Assembly: GCA_976551045.1 (NCBI GenBank)
Contig: CDPCPM010000005.1
Span: forward strand, 20,398,001-20,462,000
DNA: 64,000 nucleotides
Direction: 5' to 3'
Source of the DNA: Glaucostegus cemiculus
Lineage: Eukaryota
Shown: positions 25,960 through 38,819 of the stretch, one piece after another
How positions within the stretch are numbered: the first letter of the stretch is position 1
Layout of the letters: every line of letters starts with the position of its first letter
Notes under the pieces: model-generated
The model's database searches: none
Seen by the model: the letters and a program-made list of their open reading frames with translations, nothing else
Told to the model about the DNA's origin: nothing
Position numbers and translations under genes: made by a program

Positions 25960-26830
25960 GTGTCATAGAGCCTTAAGACTCTTAGAGCACAAAAATGGGC
26001 TCTTTGCCCACCATGTCCATTCCGACCTTTTTTCCCATCTACTCTAATCTCATTTGCCCACTATAGTTCTGTATCCTGCTATTTAAATGTCTAAATGCCT
26101 CTTAAATGTAGCAAGTGTATCTGATTCCACCATCTCCTCTAGCAGCGCATTCCGGATATCAATCTCTCCCTGTGTAAAATATCTTGCCCCTTAAATCCTC
26201 CCTAAAACTCCTTCCTCTCACCTTAAGCCTATGCCCTCTTATCCCCTTACCATGGGAAAAAGATTCTGACTATCTATCCTCTCTATGCCTCTTATAACCT
26301 TATATACCTCTACCAGGTCACCTCTTAGTCTCCTTTGTTCCAGGAAAAACAAGCCCAGCCTATCCAGTTTTTCCCAAACTAAAATCCTTCAGAGCAGGCC
26401 ACATCTTGGTGTCTCGAGTGCAATCACATTCTTCCTACAGTGCGGCAGCCAGAACTATACACCAATACCTCAGGAGCAGCCTAACCAGTGTTTTCTAAAG
26501 ATGCAGTGTAATGTTCCAACTCTTATATTTTATGCCCCAATCGATGAAGGCAAGCATCCATTCGTCTTCTTCACCACCCTATCTACCTGCAATGCCACTT
26601 TCATCAACTATGGACTCGTTCTCTCTGCTCATCAACATTCCTTAGCACCTTAGAATTTATTGTTTATGTCCTACTACTATTTGACTTCCCAAAATCCATC
26701 ACCTCACACTTGCTGGGATTAAATCCCATTTGCCAATGCCTTGCTTAACTTTCCATCTGATTTATATCCTTCTGTAGCCTCAGACAATCTTCCTTGCTAA
26801 CCACAACATTACCAACTTTCGTACCATTTG
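25960..26830 (-). mobile_element. Decayed CR1 LINE (ORF2 C-terminal part and 3'UTR)
   Basis: Colinear similarity to 38820-39720. For example ctatgcctcttataaccttatatacctctaccaggtcacctct matches ctatgcctcttatcatcttgtactcttctattaagtcacctct, and gatgaaggcaagcat matches aatgaaggccaacac. Confidence 0.85.
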
Positions 26831-28789
26831 CACAAGTGAAATATTTTGTGCCCTTTAGTGAAATACTTTGCAACCTTTTTGAGCAGTTTCCAGTGGCCCA
26901 CTTGAATACCACTGACTAGATCTAGCTGGTCCTGATGGACATGTGTGAAGCATCCCCAGTGCAAACTTTGCCCACTTTCTGTCCAACTTGGACCGGATGC
27001 CAAAAGGGAATGAGTCTGCAGATATAAGTCACTGAGTGCCTGTTACAGAGAATGTCCTGCATAAAGAATACACCAGCTTCCAATCTGAATGCAAGTTTAC
27101 TGCTAAGGGAGAAGACAGGATTTAATGCAGGAGATCATAATGTGAAATCCAGCATCCAACTCCCAAATAACAGGTGCAATGACAGTGTTCCTTTTCCTGT
27201 GGTTAAAATTTATATTATTTAGTAGTGATTTCAATGAGCTGGATGGAAAACTCCTGTGAATATTAAAGATATTCTACAGAAGAACTCTGAGAACATAGAA
27301 GTTCCATATACTAAACATGCAGAGAATACCTGCAAGACGATGTTAGGCAGTTTTATTGTGTTCAGTGCAGCTAATACAAGGAAAAGAAAGAGATACTAAA
27401 TCTTATAATATTGGGATGAAGTGCAGTCTGTCCTCTGAGCAATGCCTGAATAAGCACCTCTAGCATTTTGTTAATGTGGTAACACACGAATATTCTAATC
27501 CAACACAAAGTCTAACAATACATCTGACTGCTGTATTGATAATCTTTTTATCATATGTGTGAAACCTAGCTGCAATATTTGATTCAGCCTGCATTACTCC
27601 CCAGTCCATTCTGTCTCACAATAGACTGGATGAAGCAGAGTGTGGAAGTACCACAGTATCTACATAAAAGAGATTAAAGCCGACAGGATTCCATTTTACA
27701 GCTCAATCATATTGTGTTAGCACGCGCTTATCCAAGCACATACAAAATTGAAAGAGAGAGAAAAAAAAGACAGACAGATATGAGCCAGAATAGAAAGCAT
27801 GGGCAATTTCAGAGAACATAAAAGGATGGTAATGGTGGGGGCCCTGTCATAGTAAAGGACTATTAGGGCACAGCCTCTGTCTCTTGTACCCACTCATTCC
27901 ACTTTAACTTAAAATAACTGAAGTCAAGTGCTGTCTAATTTCATCGTGCTCTTTGTCAGATAAGGACTGTTCAAATTTCATAATGCCCCGCTTTCTGTTC
28001 AGCTGCTTTATTAGCATGGGTAGCCTAATTCTATTTGCTGATAAAGTCATTTTATATTTTCTTTAAATATTTGCCTCTGTTGTGGACACAGCTGAGTTAA
28101 ATGCTTTGTGATACAGAATTAATGAAAGCAATGTATTTGGTCTCTTTCTGCACATCAGAGGAGCTGATTTTATCAAAACCCTATTTCTTAATTCACGATC
28201 ACCATTAAATAATGTTTCATCAGAGGCTATGTGGCTCACAAATTCGTCTCTTTTTTGGGACAGATTAAGAAATTAAACTGTCTCTTTCAGCAGAAAGTTT
28301 AACTGTGCTCCTTGTTCTTATACATTCTGAGCTTAACAAAGAAGGCAGCCGTTATGGAGAGAAGCTCTAAATTGCTGGATTTAAATTTTGCCCAACCATC
28401 ATCTCCATTCCCCTTTTCGAAGGATGTTAGAGGTTGGTTGTTAGAAGCCTCAGGCATAAATCAGTCTTAAAGTCAAGGTTTTGTTCATTGGGGTAAAAGC
28501 TGACAATATTTGAAAGTGAAAGTGCTTTCAGACAATCACTCCTAAGGGAAGTCATAATAGGGGTAGATTTAGGATCAAATTTGTAAAGTCACTTCACAGC
28601 ATCAACTAGGGAAACAAAAAAATGCAAGGCACAGCTCATTATACTTATGTAATGAATTAACTTTTACAAATCTATGTACTTATTGGCTAAAATTGACAAT
28701 AAGTAAAGAACCAATCAACAACCAAGATTAAATCAAATGTAATATAAATACACTCCTGGATCATCAGATAACTTCAAGTAAAATCTTTG

Positions 28790-30090
28790 GGTGCTAAATT
28801 GGATTGTGGTAGAAAACTGACAGTAGGATCATGATATGTATTTAGCCTCTGGCTTATTATCCAAGTATAGGCAGCCCATGACATTTATGTTGCCTCATCA
28901 TTTAAAATGACTTCAACATGCAGCCAATGCCAATCTGACTGTGGTTGCTTTAATGCATCACCATTAGCCCCAGCTTTGTAAATGGCGAGCACTGGTTCAA
29001 GTTATGCAGAGCTGATTAAATTCTGCCTGGGATGTAGATCTTGGCAGTGGTTGGTGCTGGAAGTCATTCTGAACATGTCACATATTGCTACAAGCAAATG
29101 GATAACTTGGTTGAGCACATGTTCAAATATTTTGTGGTAAATGAAGACTTTGGTGAAAAATATGAAGAAGGATGACCTATATCTGCAGGCCCCCCTGACA
29201 CATAAAGAAAAGAGTGGGAGAAGATAGTTTTGGAGGTGAAAGATAAACTTCCAACTTCCGTACTAAGGACATAATTGCAGAGAAGCAAGATATTCAATGA
29301 TCTCACAAACATGGAATTGGTCACTGATTATCAAGTGCACCACTAGCCTCGACCACTATGCCACAACCCCATTGCTCTGTCACTCAGGACTGGGACCTAA
29401 CGTTCCTGCACTAACCACACCTACTTAGCATGACTCACATCCACCTCACAGGCTGCAAATATTGCTAGCTATTCAATCATATCATGCAAGGACAATGTGC
29501 TGCTCTTACCAGCACACTTCCCTCTTTCTTGCAGGATAAAGTGACACACAACTAGTTCCAGCAGCAACAAACCGATGGGGGATTGATGTGGCTACATCCA
29601 TGAAATGCAAAAGACAATGTTTGTCATCAGCACCTCTGACCCCACAAAAGAAAGTGGCATGGTTTTCCTTAACCTCTTTCTCACATTCCATTTCCCCATA
29701 TCCTAAAAACTCTTCTTATATACAAATTGTAGACTGTGTAAGAACGCACCGTGTACTTTCCACTCTATCTGTATATATTTTGCTTTTCAGAGCTGGCTTT
29801 GGATGAAGAATAGAACAGTGAAGATGAAGGCACACCATCATTCAATTTGACAGTCACAACAAGAGCTCAGATACAGAGCTTTGTGTATAGTACAAGTTTC
29901 CTTGGAGCCCAGATCTAATAGTGAGTAAGGGCAATAAGGCAAAGAATAGGGCACGAGTGGCCTTCAGTCCAGGCAAGGCAAAAAGGATAGTCCAGCTGAT
30001 AGCTCCCCAGAGAGCATGATCACACACAAGTTCTGCAAGGACACAGCTGGGGATTTTGTCAAAAGACATCTCCGTTTCTGAACAGAAATA
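28790..30090 (+). mobile_element. Decayed PIF/Harbinger-type transposon, Myb/SANT-like (NAIF1-like) gene fossil
   Basis: 29212-29322 reads EWEKIVLEVKDKLPTSVLRT*LQRSKIFNDLTNM (trihelix W..I...V / R...Q..K.F.DL pattern). After ttcttgcag| it reads DKVTHN*FQQQQTDGG. An acidic EDEGTPSFNLTVTT segment follows ttttcag| near 29790. Boundaries are approximate. Confidence 0.6.
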
Positions 30091-30368
30091 TTGCTGTAAT
30101 CCACAAAGTGTTAATCAATCTTCAGGCCTTGCATCTTTATAAATTACCAAAAGAAATCTCAATAAAATCACACGTGCATTAATTTATTATTTGAGTCATA
30201 ACAACAATGAAAGCTGATGTCATTTCATTTGAGAAAAAAATCTGTTAATAAAGTCATTTTCGTAAATTCTTGTTGGTTGAATGTTCAGCTTTAAACACTT
30301 AAGGATGTTTTTATTCATCTTAATGACATGTATAGCAATGTGTATACTTGATTTTTGCTTTTTATTAC

Positions 30369-30530
30369 CTGGAATATGCTTTGCCCATCCAATGATAACC
30401 ACCAGCTCTCGGTCTGCTAGATCACACAGTGTAGTAAGGGCCTTGATGTCACTGTCAGGAACGGTGGGATCAGGCATGGCATAGATCTTCTCTGGCTCAG
30501 CCACAAGCAAGTGCGAGACAATCTTGTTGA
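30369..30530 (-). CDS. ESRRG: ESRRG exon 5: ligand-binding domain helices 1-3
   Basis: Translates (F)[53 protein letters not shown](G). Acceptor ctattccag|TCAAC, donor CCAG|gtaata; 162 nt. Confidence 0.98.
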
Positions 30531-32925
30531 CTGGAATAGAAAGCCCAGGCAAGAGAAAGCAAGAAACGTTTGCATCAGTTTAGACAGCCTCATCACTCAG
30601 GGAATTGAGTAGCTGCAAGCGGTATCTCTTGGTAAATCTTATTTAATGTTGCCTTAATTAGAATCAATACAACCCAATTTTCATCAGAACGGCTTTGTAA
30701 TGCACAAATAATCAATCAGGACCCAGAAAATCTCTTAGACTACATCAAGGCACAACACATGCTGTACTTCCTAACACAACTTGAAAATTGACCATGTATT
30801 TCATAAATGTTTATTTTTTAAAAAAGATTGCTTATTAAATGAACTGCTAAAATTAACAGCTTTTAGTTAACAAATAATGACTGTCAAGCGGTAAGACTAT
30901 CCAAATAAATGACACACAGAACAATGGAATCTTATTAAAATTTAAAGATACTGTCGCTTGAAAAAGATTCTAAACAAATTATGATAAATTCAAAACTTAG
31001 AGAAAATAAATTACAGTAGGAAAATAATTTTAAAAGAGGAAAAAAGACTCTATGTGTGTCCCAAGTAACATTAAGTTAAACATGGATATTAACATCTCTG
31101 ATAGTCAGGTCTGCGTTGGACCCTGCACAATATAACCAGTTGAGCCACTCAGTCAAGTGATATAAAAAACAAACAGACCTTACAATTAATTGGTGGTCTG
31201 GATGAGTAAATGATAGGGAAATTACACCAGATTTTTAAAATATCACATTGGCACAGAAAATTAGAATAAGCTGTGAATCAGCCCATATCTGCAATAGTTA
31301 TAATTTGTTAGAAAATATTATTATAGAGTGCATTTGTTTAGGGAAAAATATCTTCAGTTCTTGCTTATAGTCCCTCTGAAAATTTTCTATATATAAAATT
31401 GAGGGGATTTAAGATGGCATCACCTCTAGCAAAGTAAATGGTGAATGTTTTATATTTCACTTTTATTAACTTAGTATTGTTTCCTCCAGGGTTCACAAAA
31501 TTACACTCTTGTATATCTCAGGCAGGAGTCATGAAAGATGGAGTACGCATCTTCAACAAATTATAAGTATTTGCTGTTTTAAATTTTTTAATGGATTAAT
31601 TTTATCCGCTTTTAAGATGAGATGCAAGCTAAAGCTTTTGTAAATACTTATTTGAGGATAGCAAAAAGTAAATGGTGTGGTTTCAGCATAACACCATTTG
31701 AAAGAACTAGATATGTTGTGTTATTTGGATATCTATATTAAAGACTGGATTTTGATAGACATGGCTTCATTGAAAAATCCTAACATAATGTGACTTACAG
31801 AACTGTAAATCTGAGTGCAATGTTTCATCAATATGGTATATTACGCACCATATTATATTGCTCTCCCTTGTAAAGGTGTGAGCTTAGTCCGACTAACATC
31901 TGAAATTCCATGAAATGCTTTCAGCTATACTTAATTATTTATTATTTAATAGAAAGAATATGTCAGAAAATACAAACAGTTTCAGCCTTGACCATGGCAG
32001 TGCATGACTATGCTCAAAAAGGACACAAAACTATGCAGTAAAATTATGATACATTTCCTGTGGCTAAAAGGATTATAAGTACCCATACAACGGGTGCAAA
32101 TTTAAAGTACTTGCCAATAAAAAAATATAGTTAATTTGAAAGAAATAATTTACTTTTCCAATGCAACATAAATAATTTTATATAATTAGTTGTTTTTTAC
32201 TACCTGTTGCAACAATCAAATTAAAAAGGAAAGGGAGAGAACAACACCTAAAATGTAACATTTACTCTTTTGCTGCAAAGCCTCATCATAAAAGCTTAAA
32301 GATTTTAAAAAGGCAATATTCAGTTTATGCAGATCTGTGATATTCATTCTAGTATTTTGAGTTTAACACGATGGTTAGCTTAGAGACTCAGAATAAATGT
32401 ACTTCAGATGAATTTAATACCGTCAATGTTCAACATTGTTTAATAATCCTCATTTTAAATCGCAGTCAAGGCATACAAATAAATACAAAATTAAAATTTC
32501 TGAGGGATGAAGAACTTTTCAAAACAACAAAATAAAACATTTTTGCTATTCAAATTGTCATTTAAGATAAAATGCTGTTGTAACATTACCGCTATGAAAT
32601 ACGCTGTTTAATTGGACTGCACGAGAAAAATTATAGACAATTCAAAATATTTCCACATGACTGTACATCATTTTTCATAAAGTACATCATGCTACCCTTG
32701 ATGAAAAGGAAACTCTGGTGATTTATAAAATGGAGACTGGATTAGTTCTGCACTATCATCACTCCCATCTGTTTGCAAACTTCTAACTGGTTGTGTGTGC
32801 AGGCTGAATACACTGAAATAGATAAGACATGCTATTGTTTTACTGAATGGTAAATTAACATGTTTAAGCATTATATGCTAATAGCCTCCTGTACAGTATA
32901 ACATAAAGTAATTCTTTGTCCTTAC

Positions 32926-33036
32926 ATGGCTTTTTGGCTGGTTGGACCAGCTGAGGGTTCAAGTAAGGGCTGTTCTCTGCATCTATCCTGCGCTTGTACT
33001 TCTGCCGTCCGCCACGTACCCTATCTAAGCGCACAC
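32926..33036 (-). CDS. ESRRG: ESRRG exon 4: C-terminal extension (T/A box) and hinge
   Basis: Translates (G)[36 protein letters not shown]. Acceptor tttttcag|GTGTG, donor CCAT|gtaagg; 111 nt. Confidence 0.98.
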
Positions 33037-35306
33037 CTGAAAAAGAAGGAAAATAACATTTTAAAATACAAAAAATATAAATGGTTGTTGACAAATCTAT
33101 CGTTCACCTTGAATTAATACTGTATTATTTTATTCAGAGACTGTGGGACTGGCCTACAATTTATATATGATTTAGTAGCACTATTAACTTGACAATATTC
33201 AATAACCACTTGTGCATCCGTATCTCTGTAATACAGATTAAAACAGATTTAAAATTGTGATGGTATTAAGAACCATGATCAATGTATTGCCAGCATATAT
33301 AAAACAAATCCAACAAAATATTTTAGTGATAAAATAGTACATATGGTAATGTAATTATTTATTCTTTCCCAATCTACTAGAAAATACATCAATTATAAAC
33401 CAAACTTCCAGGAACATTTTCTATTTTATGAAGGGATATATATAACTACTGATTAACATAACAAGAATCTTTTGATGGATATTCCTTATCAAAACATGAA
33501 AGCACGTTGATGAGAAAGAGTTACTATTGGTCATACTTCAAACAGAATTATGACGTTTGCATATTATGAAGTTAAGATATTATGAAAGAAGTAAAAATGG
33601 TTAAAGCATTTCTGCTGTTACCAGGAGGAAGCAATATCATGTAGATAACTTTATCCATTTTAAATTAATTTTTAAACATGCTCAAAATATATGGGTATAT
33701 TCTTGCCAATCTGCAATCATTTTCCAACAAAATACTAACTTTTGTACCAACAGACAGGACAATATAGATGTGTATTTATGGCAATGTAATTTTAAGTCAA
33801 TTTTATTTGTAGCACTCCTACAACTATTAAAAGAGAAACATGCACTTGTAGTTATAGTAAATTCAAGAGGGATCACTGCCTTAAGGACAATCTATCCTTT
33901 TAATTTATTGACATCAAAAGAAGCCTAATTTAATTATATCAAATTTCTCCTGGGAATGTGCGTCACCATGGAAACCAGCTAACAGGAAGTGTCAATGATT
34001 TTTTTTGTTGTTTTGAATATAACAGTAACATAGAAAGATGCTGCATGGTTCCGAACTGTCTAAATTTTGCCAATCACTCACATCACCAGCATGAAATGGG
34101 CTGCCTCCAAGAGCCCACAACAGGTCAGAGGTTTTAATTGAACAACATCTCTTTCTGTCGTTCCGACAAAAGGCAAGCAGGAAAAATGACTCTGGCAAGA
34201 TAGCTCAGAGTCTAGCAATGTCCAATTTCTCATTAGGTCTAAGCAGCTATCTAGCTACTAATGCTGACAAGCCTTGAACCTTTTATTTTTGCTCAGAAAT
34301 TACTTTGGCAGGAACAGCAATACAGCTTCATCACAGACGCCTGACTGCTGTTGCATTAACCCGAATGAGACCTCATAGACTGGCGATTCGGTGTGGTGGA
34401 AATGTGCCCGAATGCAACACGTACAAATCTTTTGTTATCCTGGCAGACGCTTGGAGCAAAAGGAAGGCATCACAAAGCTGTGCACATTAATAACCTGATT
34501 ATTTGTGTCTCTGCACACTTGTTTCAATTGGAAAAGGCACAGGGGAAAGACAACCATTTACTAAGCTGAAAACAAAAGACAATTACCAAGCAAGTAGGTT
34601 AATACACAAGATAGTGCATGTGCCAAGACTGTTACACACAAGCTTCAAGGAAAGTAAAGCACTGAAGTGAAAAAACACCAAAGTGCTCCTTTCTGATCTG
34701 TTTAGATCTACTTTTTCAGTGCTCCCTAATGCTGATCCTGCATAACATTTCTGTTGTGCTGTGATTGTAAGGAAATACACCAAAGGATTTGGAGGGAATG
34801 AGGACATACGGTAAAACTAAAGTAAGGTGTTCAAGAGCGGTACTGAGTGGACCTCCTGCACAGAGTTGGCTGCATCAGATGCCACATTCAGTGTTGCATT
34901 ATATTTAGAGCCCTACTGACTTCTCTCCTTCATCTTTTGGGGTCACAAGTTGGGTTACTGATGAAAACTTTCAATGCCATTTTAAAAGGGAAAATATACC
35001 AATGCTGTTGAAAATTGCACTGTTTATCTGGGTGGCCCAATACAACTGACAAAGGGGGCTCAACAAAGTTCAGTATTATAAATTTTGGATCTGTGCTGGA
35101 ATCCGAAGTCCCAGCCCAATGAGCTGAATATTGCAACACTAGTCACCCAGGGCTTATTCTGTAATTAATTGGCATTCTAACTTTTGATCTCTCTAGTATT
35201 GTACAGACCTAGAAATATAAAAGCATCAAAAAAAAACAACCCCCAAAAACATATCACCAGTGGGGAAGCCAAATCTGCCTGCACACTAAGCTACCCACCT
35301 GAAAAG

Positions 35307-35645
35307 CATAAGAAATTTAAAAAAAATCAGGTCTAGGCCATTTGGCCACTTAGGCCTGCTCCACATCCAAAAGCATCATGGCTGATTTTTTCCCTCTTTT
35401 TCTGTACTAAATCTATTTTCTTTCATTCCCTTAATATCCAATTTGCTGTCAAGCTATACATTGAACATACTCAAGAACTGAGCCGCCAGAACTGTCTTAG
35501 ATGACGAATTCCAAAAACTGAGTGTAGAAATTCCTTCTCTTGGTTCTGAATGGATGACGCTTTATATTGAGACCATGACCTCCTGGTGCTATACACGCCA
35601 TCCTGGGGGAAACATCATCCCTGCATTGACCCTGTCAGGTCCTGT
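35307..35645 (-). mobile_element. CR1 LINE 3' fragment
   Basis: cataagaaat...taggccatttggccacttaggcctgctccac...atcatggctgat...gggggaaacatcatccctgcat is the reverse of a CR1 3' end, complementary in type to 24670-24818. Confidence 0.7.
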
Positions 35646-35974
35646 AGAGGAGGGAAGGGGCAGAATGTTGGCCACAGTGACTGACACTGCTGGATGAAAT
35701 GCTGCTGAGGGATTTTTTTCTTCTTGCGTTCTTTTCCTTTTATTCCTGTAATGGCTCTCAGGGTCATAGTGAAAACTCATATGGCACCCATCTTCTCACT
35801 GGCATTCCAAATTTAGAACTGTGTCCTCCAACATGACTATGAGCCTTTATTGGATATATTATTCATTGCTTTAAGTAGGCTTGGACACTTACAGAGAAAC
35901 TGAATCCAATAAATGGATAATGTGCTTCCATCTTCCATCATAATGGAAAATAATGTGCCTGCTTCTTTTTTTTT

Positions 35975-36265
35975 ATAATTTATGGAGGGTGTGGGCATTG
36001 TAGGCAAGGCCAACTTTTATTATCTTTTCTTAACTGCCTTTGAGAAGGCAGTGATGAGTCACTTTTATGAATGGCCACAATGCTGGGATCTTCACAATGA
36101 TTTTACTATTGGTAGGGAGCTCCAGATTTCATGCCCCTGCAACAATAAAATGACAACAACATACTCCAGAGTGAGGATAGTGTGCGACTCGGAGGGAATT
36201 CTGCATGTGGTGGTGGTCCCATGTGTCTGTCAGCCTTGTTATCTCCAGAGGTAGAGACTGCAGGT
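35975..36265 (-). mobile_element. LINE (CR1/L2 group) 3' fragment sharing its tail with the SINE at 46465-46800
   Basis: gtgggcattgtaggcaaggccaacttttatt...taactgcctttgagaaggcagtgatgag...ggtagggagctccagattt...gtggtggtcccatgtgtctg. Confidence 0.6.
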
Positions 36266-38819
36266 TTATAAGGCTACTTAGAAATGTCAGAAGAGAGAAA
36301 CTGTTATGAAGGTAATATTTTGAAACTGTTTGATAAAGGAGCATTAACTTTGAGAGCAATTTTGCCAAAATTGCTTGTTAATTTATCCACATGAAGAGTT
36401 GTTTGGTTTGAAAAAAAACATGCAAAAATATTGAGAAGCATCTATAAACAATTTTCAAATCAAATTATGATGATTTTAATACCTTCATTTCAATATTAAG
36501 TGACATTTTATTCTATACAATGTTTCTGCATCAGTGTACTTTTTTTAAATATTTGAATGATTAATATGTTTTTATTCAGGGTGAGATTACATGACTAATA
36601 CTCCAGCTGTATGTAGGCTATCCAAGCCTTGTCCAACTCTTTCCCTAAAGCATCAGCATTGCTGTAGATCTGTCAGTCCATGTAACATCATCAAACTATA
36701 GTTCTGGTCAGTCAATAACCCTCTGAGGCCTGTGATGGTTATTATTGGAGCTGCTGGGTGAACTGGCCTACGCACAAGTTGAGTAGACTGATGATCATTT
36801 GAATAAATCTGTGTTAAATCTACTAGACTAAAGAGGTGATTTAATGCTTTGAATGCACTGACCTACTTTTACTACTAACACACACTATATTGTTTTTAAA
36901 AGTAATGGTTAACCTTCTGCCCTCAGTGAAAGGGATATCTCTTTTTCCCATCCCTCTTCTAAAAAGTATGTCTTCCACTTAATTGTGAGGATTCTTTCTG
37001 ATAAGGCCAAATGGTTACTATTTATCAGTGCAGTACAATATAACTTGCTTACAGAGGTCTTAACCGTTATAAGTTAGAATATAGTGTTGGCTATATTAGT
37101 GAACAATCATATGCACTCATATGAGAGTCCTCCTTTGTTATTCTGACAGGTATTGGAATGAAGAATGTTGCAGGGATGCCTTACACATTTGCCCATTATT
37201 GTCATTGTTTCTTGTTTTGGCTTGCTTTTCATTTACCTTATTTTTATTTGCATCACCATTGGCTTACTATTTCACTGTAGATTAGAAAAAAGGCAAATGA
37301 TTATGAGCTGCTTTCAAATAGTTAAATATTTGTATGACTGTTGGCATAAACAGATCCTAATAATAAATCAGACACCAAAAAAAGCTGCAGAGCGCAGATA
37401 ATGGCATGTGCTGCAGGATGCCACTCACAAGGGTTAGCTCATTCTCAGTTTCAGTTAGTTGAAGGGCAAGACTTGCAGATCACAACAGTGTGTTCTCACA
37501 CTGTTTTCAGTCTTCATTTATTTTCTACACTCCTGCAACTTCGAACATTAGGAGCCATTTTATAGTTCTCCCTAAGTATCTGAAAACGAACTACCCAACA
37601 AAATTTTACTTTTATTGTTCTGCCTGCCTGATTAAGTTCAGACCAACACCTTTCAATAGGTGAAATTAGCTGCAATAAATCAAAGACTTTTATCTTTAAA
37701 GGTTAAAAAAGTCCATCAGCATGAGGATAAAGTGGCATACTATTAAAGTCATTAGAAAGATTAAAACAGCTCAATGTATGTTGCTATCACTATGTCACCT
37801 ATTCTGTCCAGCTATATAAAGTAGGATCTTGTTATACTTCTGCAACATTTTGTTTAAAACTAAATGAAGGAGGTACTTTAGACCAAGCTAAAATATTTTC
37901 ATAAATGCTCTGCCTGAAATGTCAACTGCTGCGCAGCAGTATTCAATTAGCATCATTACTGATCAGAGCATATTATTAAGAACCTGGTAAAAGCTACTTC
38001 CTATTGGGAAAGATTATCAGATCTTTAATATTCTATTATATGCACTGACTTTTATTGGCAAATCTTGTTAAAATGGAGTTGGAATCTACTGATTAATGCA
38101 AATAATCACAAAGCACCAGATCTGGCTAGGCATTTCACATGCAAAAATTTCTAATGATCCTCAGAGTCAAAGGCAGTAAAACTAGATTAGGTAATGCCTA
38201 GTTTTCAGGACCCATGACAGCCCAAAATGACAGTTGCAACATGTGGGCACACATTTGGCACAAGTTGTGCTGAACAACACATTGTTAAGAGCATTAATAT
38301 CTATGCACTGAATGTTCATTGGAAGTGTGCAGAATAGGCATCTCATCACATCAATCAATGTGCCACACAGATCTGATGCCAGCACTCATTTTAGAGGTCA
38401 ATGCTCCAACTAACAGCCTTTCTTAAACATTCAGCAGCAGTAATGATCAACCCCATCAATGCTATTTAAAAGAATCACCAACTATTTAAATGTTGATTTC
38501 TTCTTGCCATTGCTGTAATTCGACAAGTGTTTGATGCGTTGGAGATTTGCACTTGTCTACAGGGAATGTTGCTGAAGATTTAGTTTGCTGACCTCAAGCT
38601 TTTGCACAAACCAGTTGCTTTGATGTAGGTATTAGTAACCATCTATCTTGCAACACAGCATGACTGGAAGAATAAGCTGAGACCTGAACAACTGGGAAAA
38701 TTTCTACAAGAAGAAGGAGACTTATAGATCTTTATATGCGATGGAAATCAGTTCAGGAAAGTTCTACAGATATAAAAGGTCAATCAGGATCTTGAATGGC
38801 AGGACAGGTATGAGGAATT

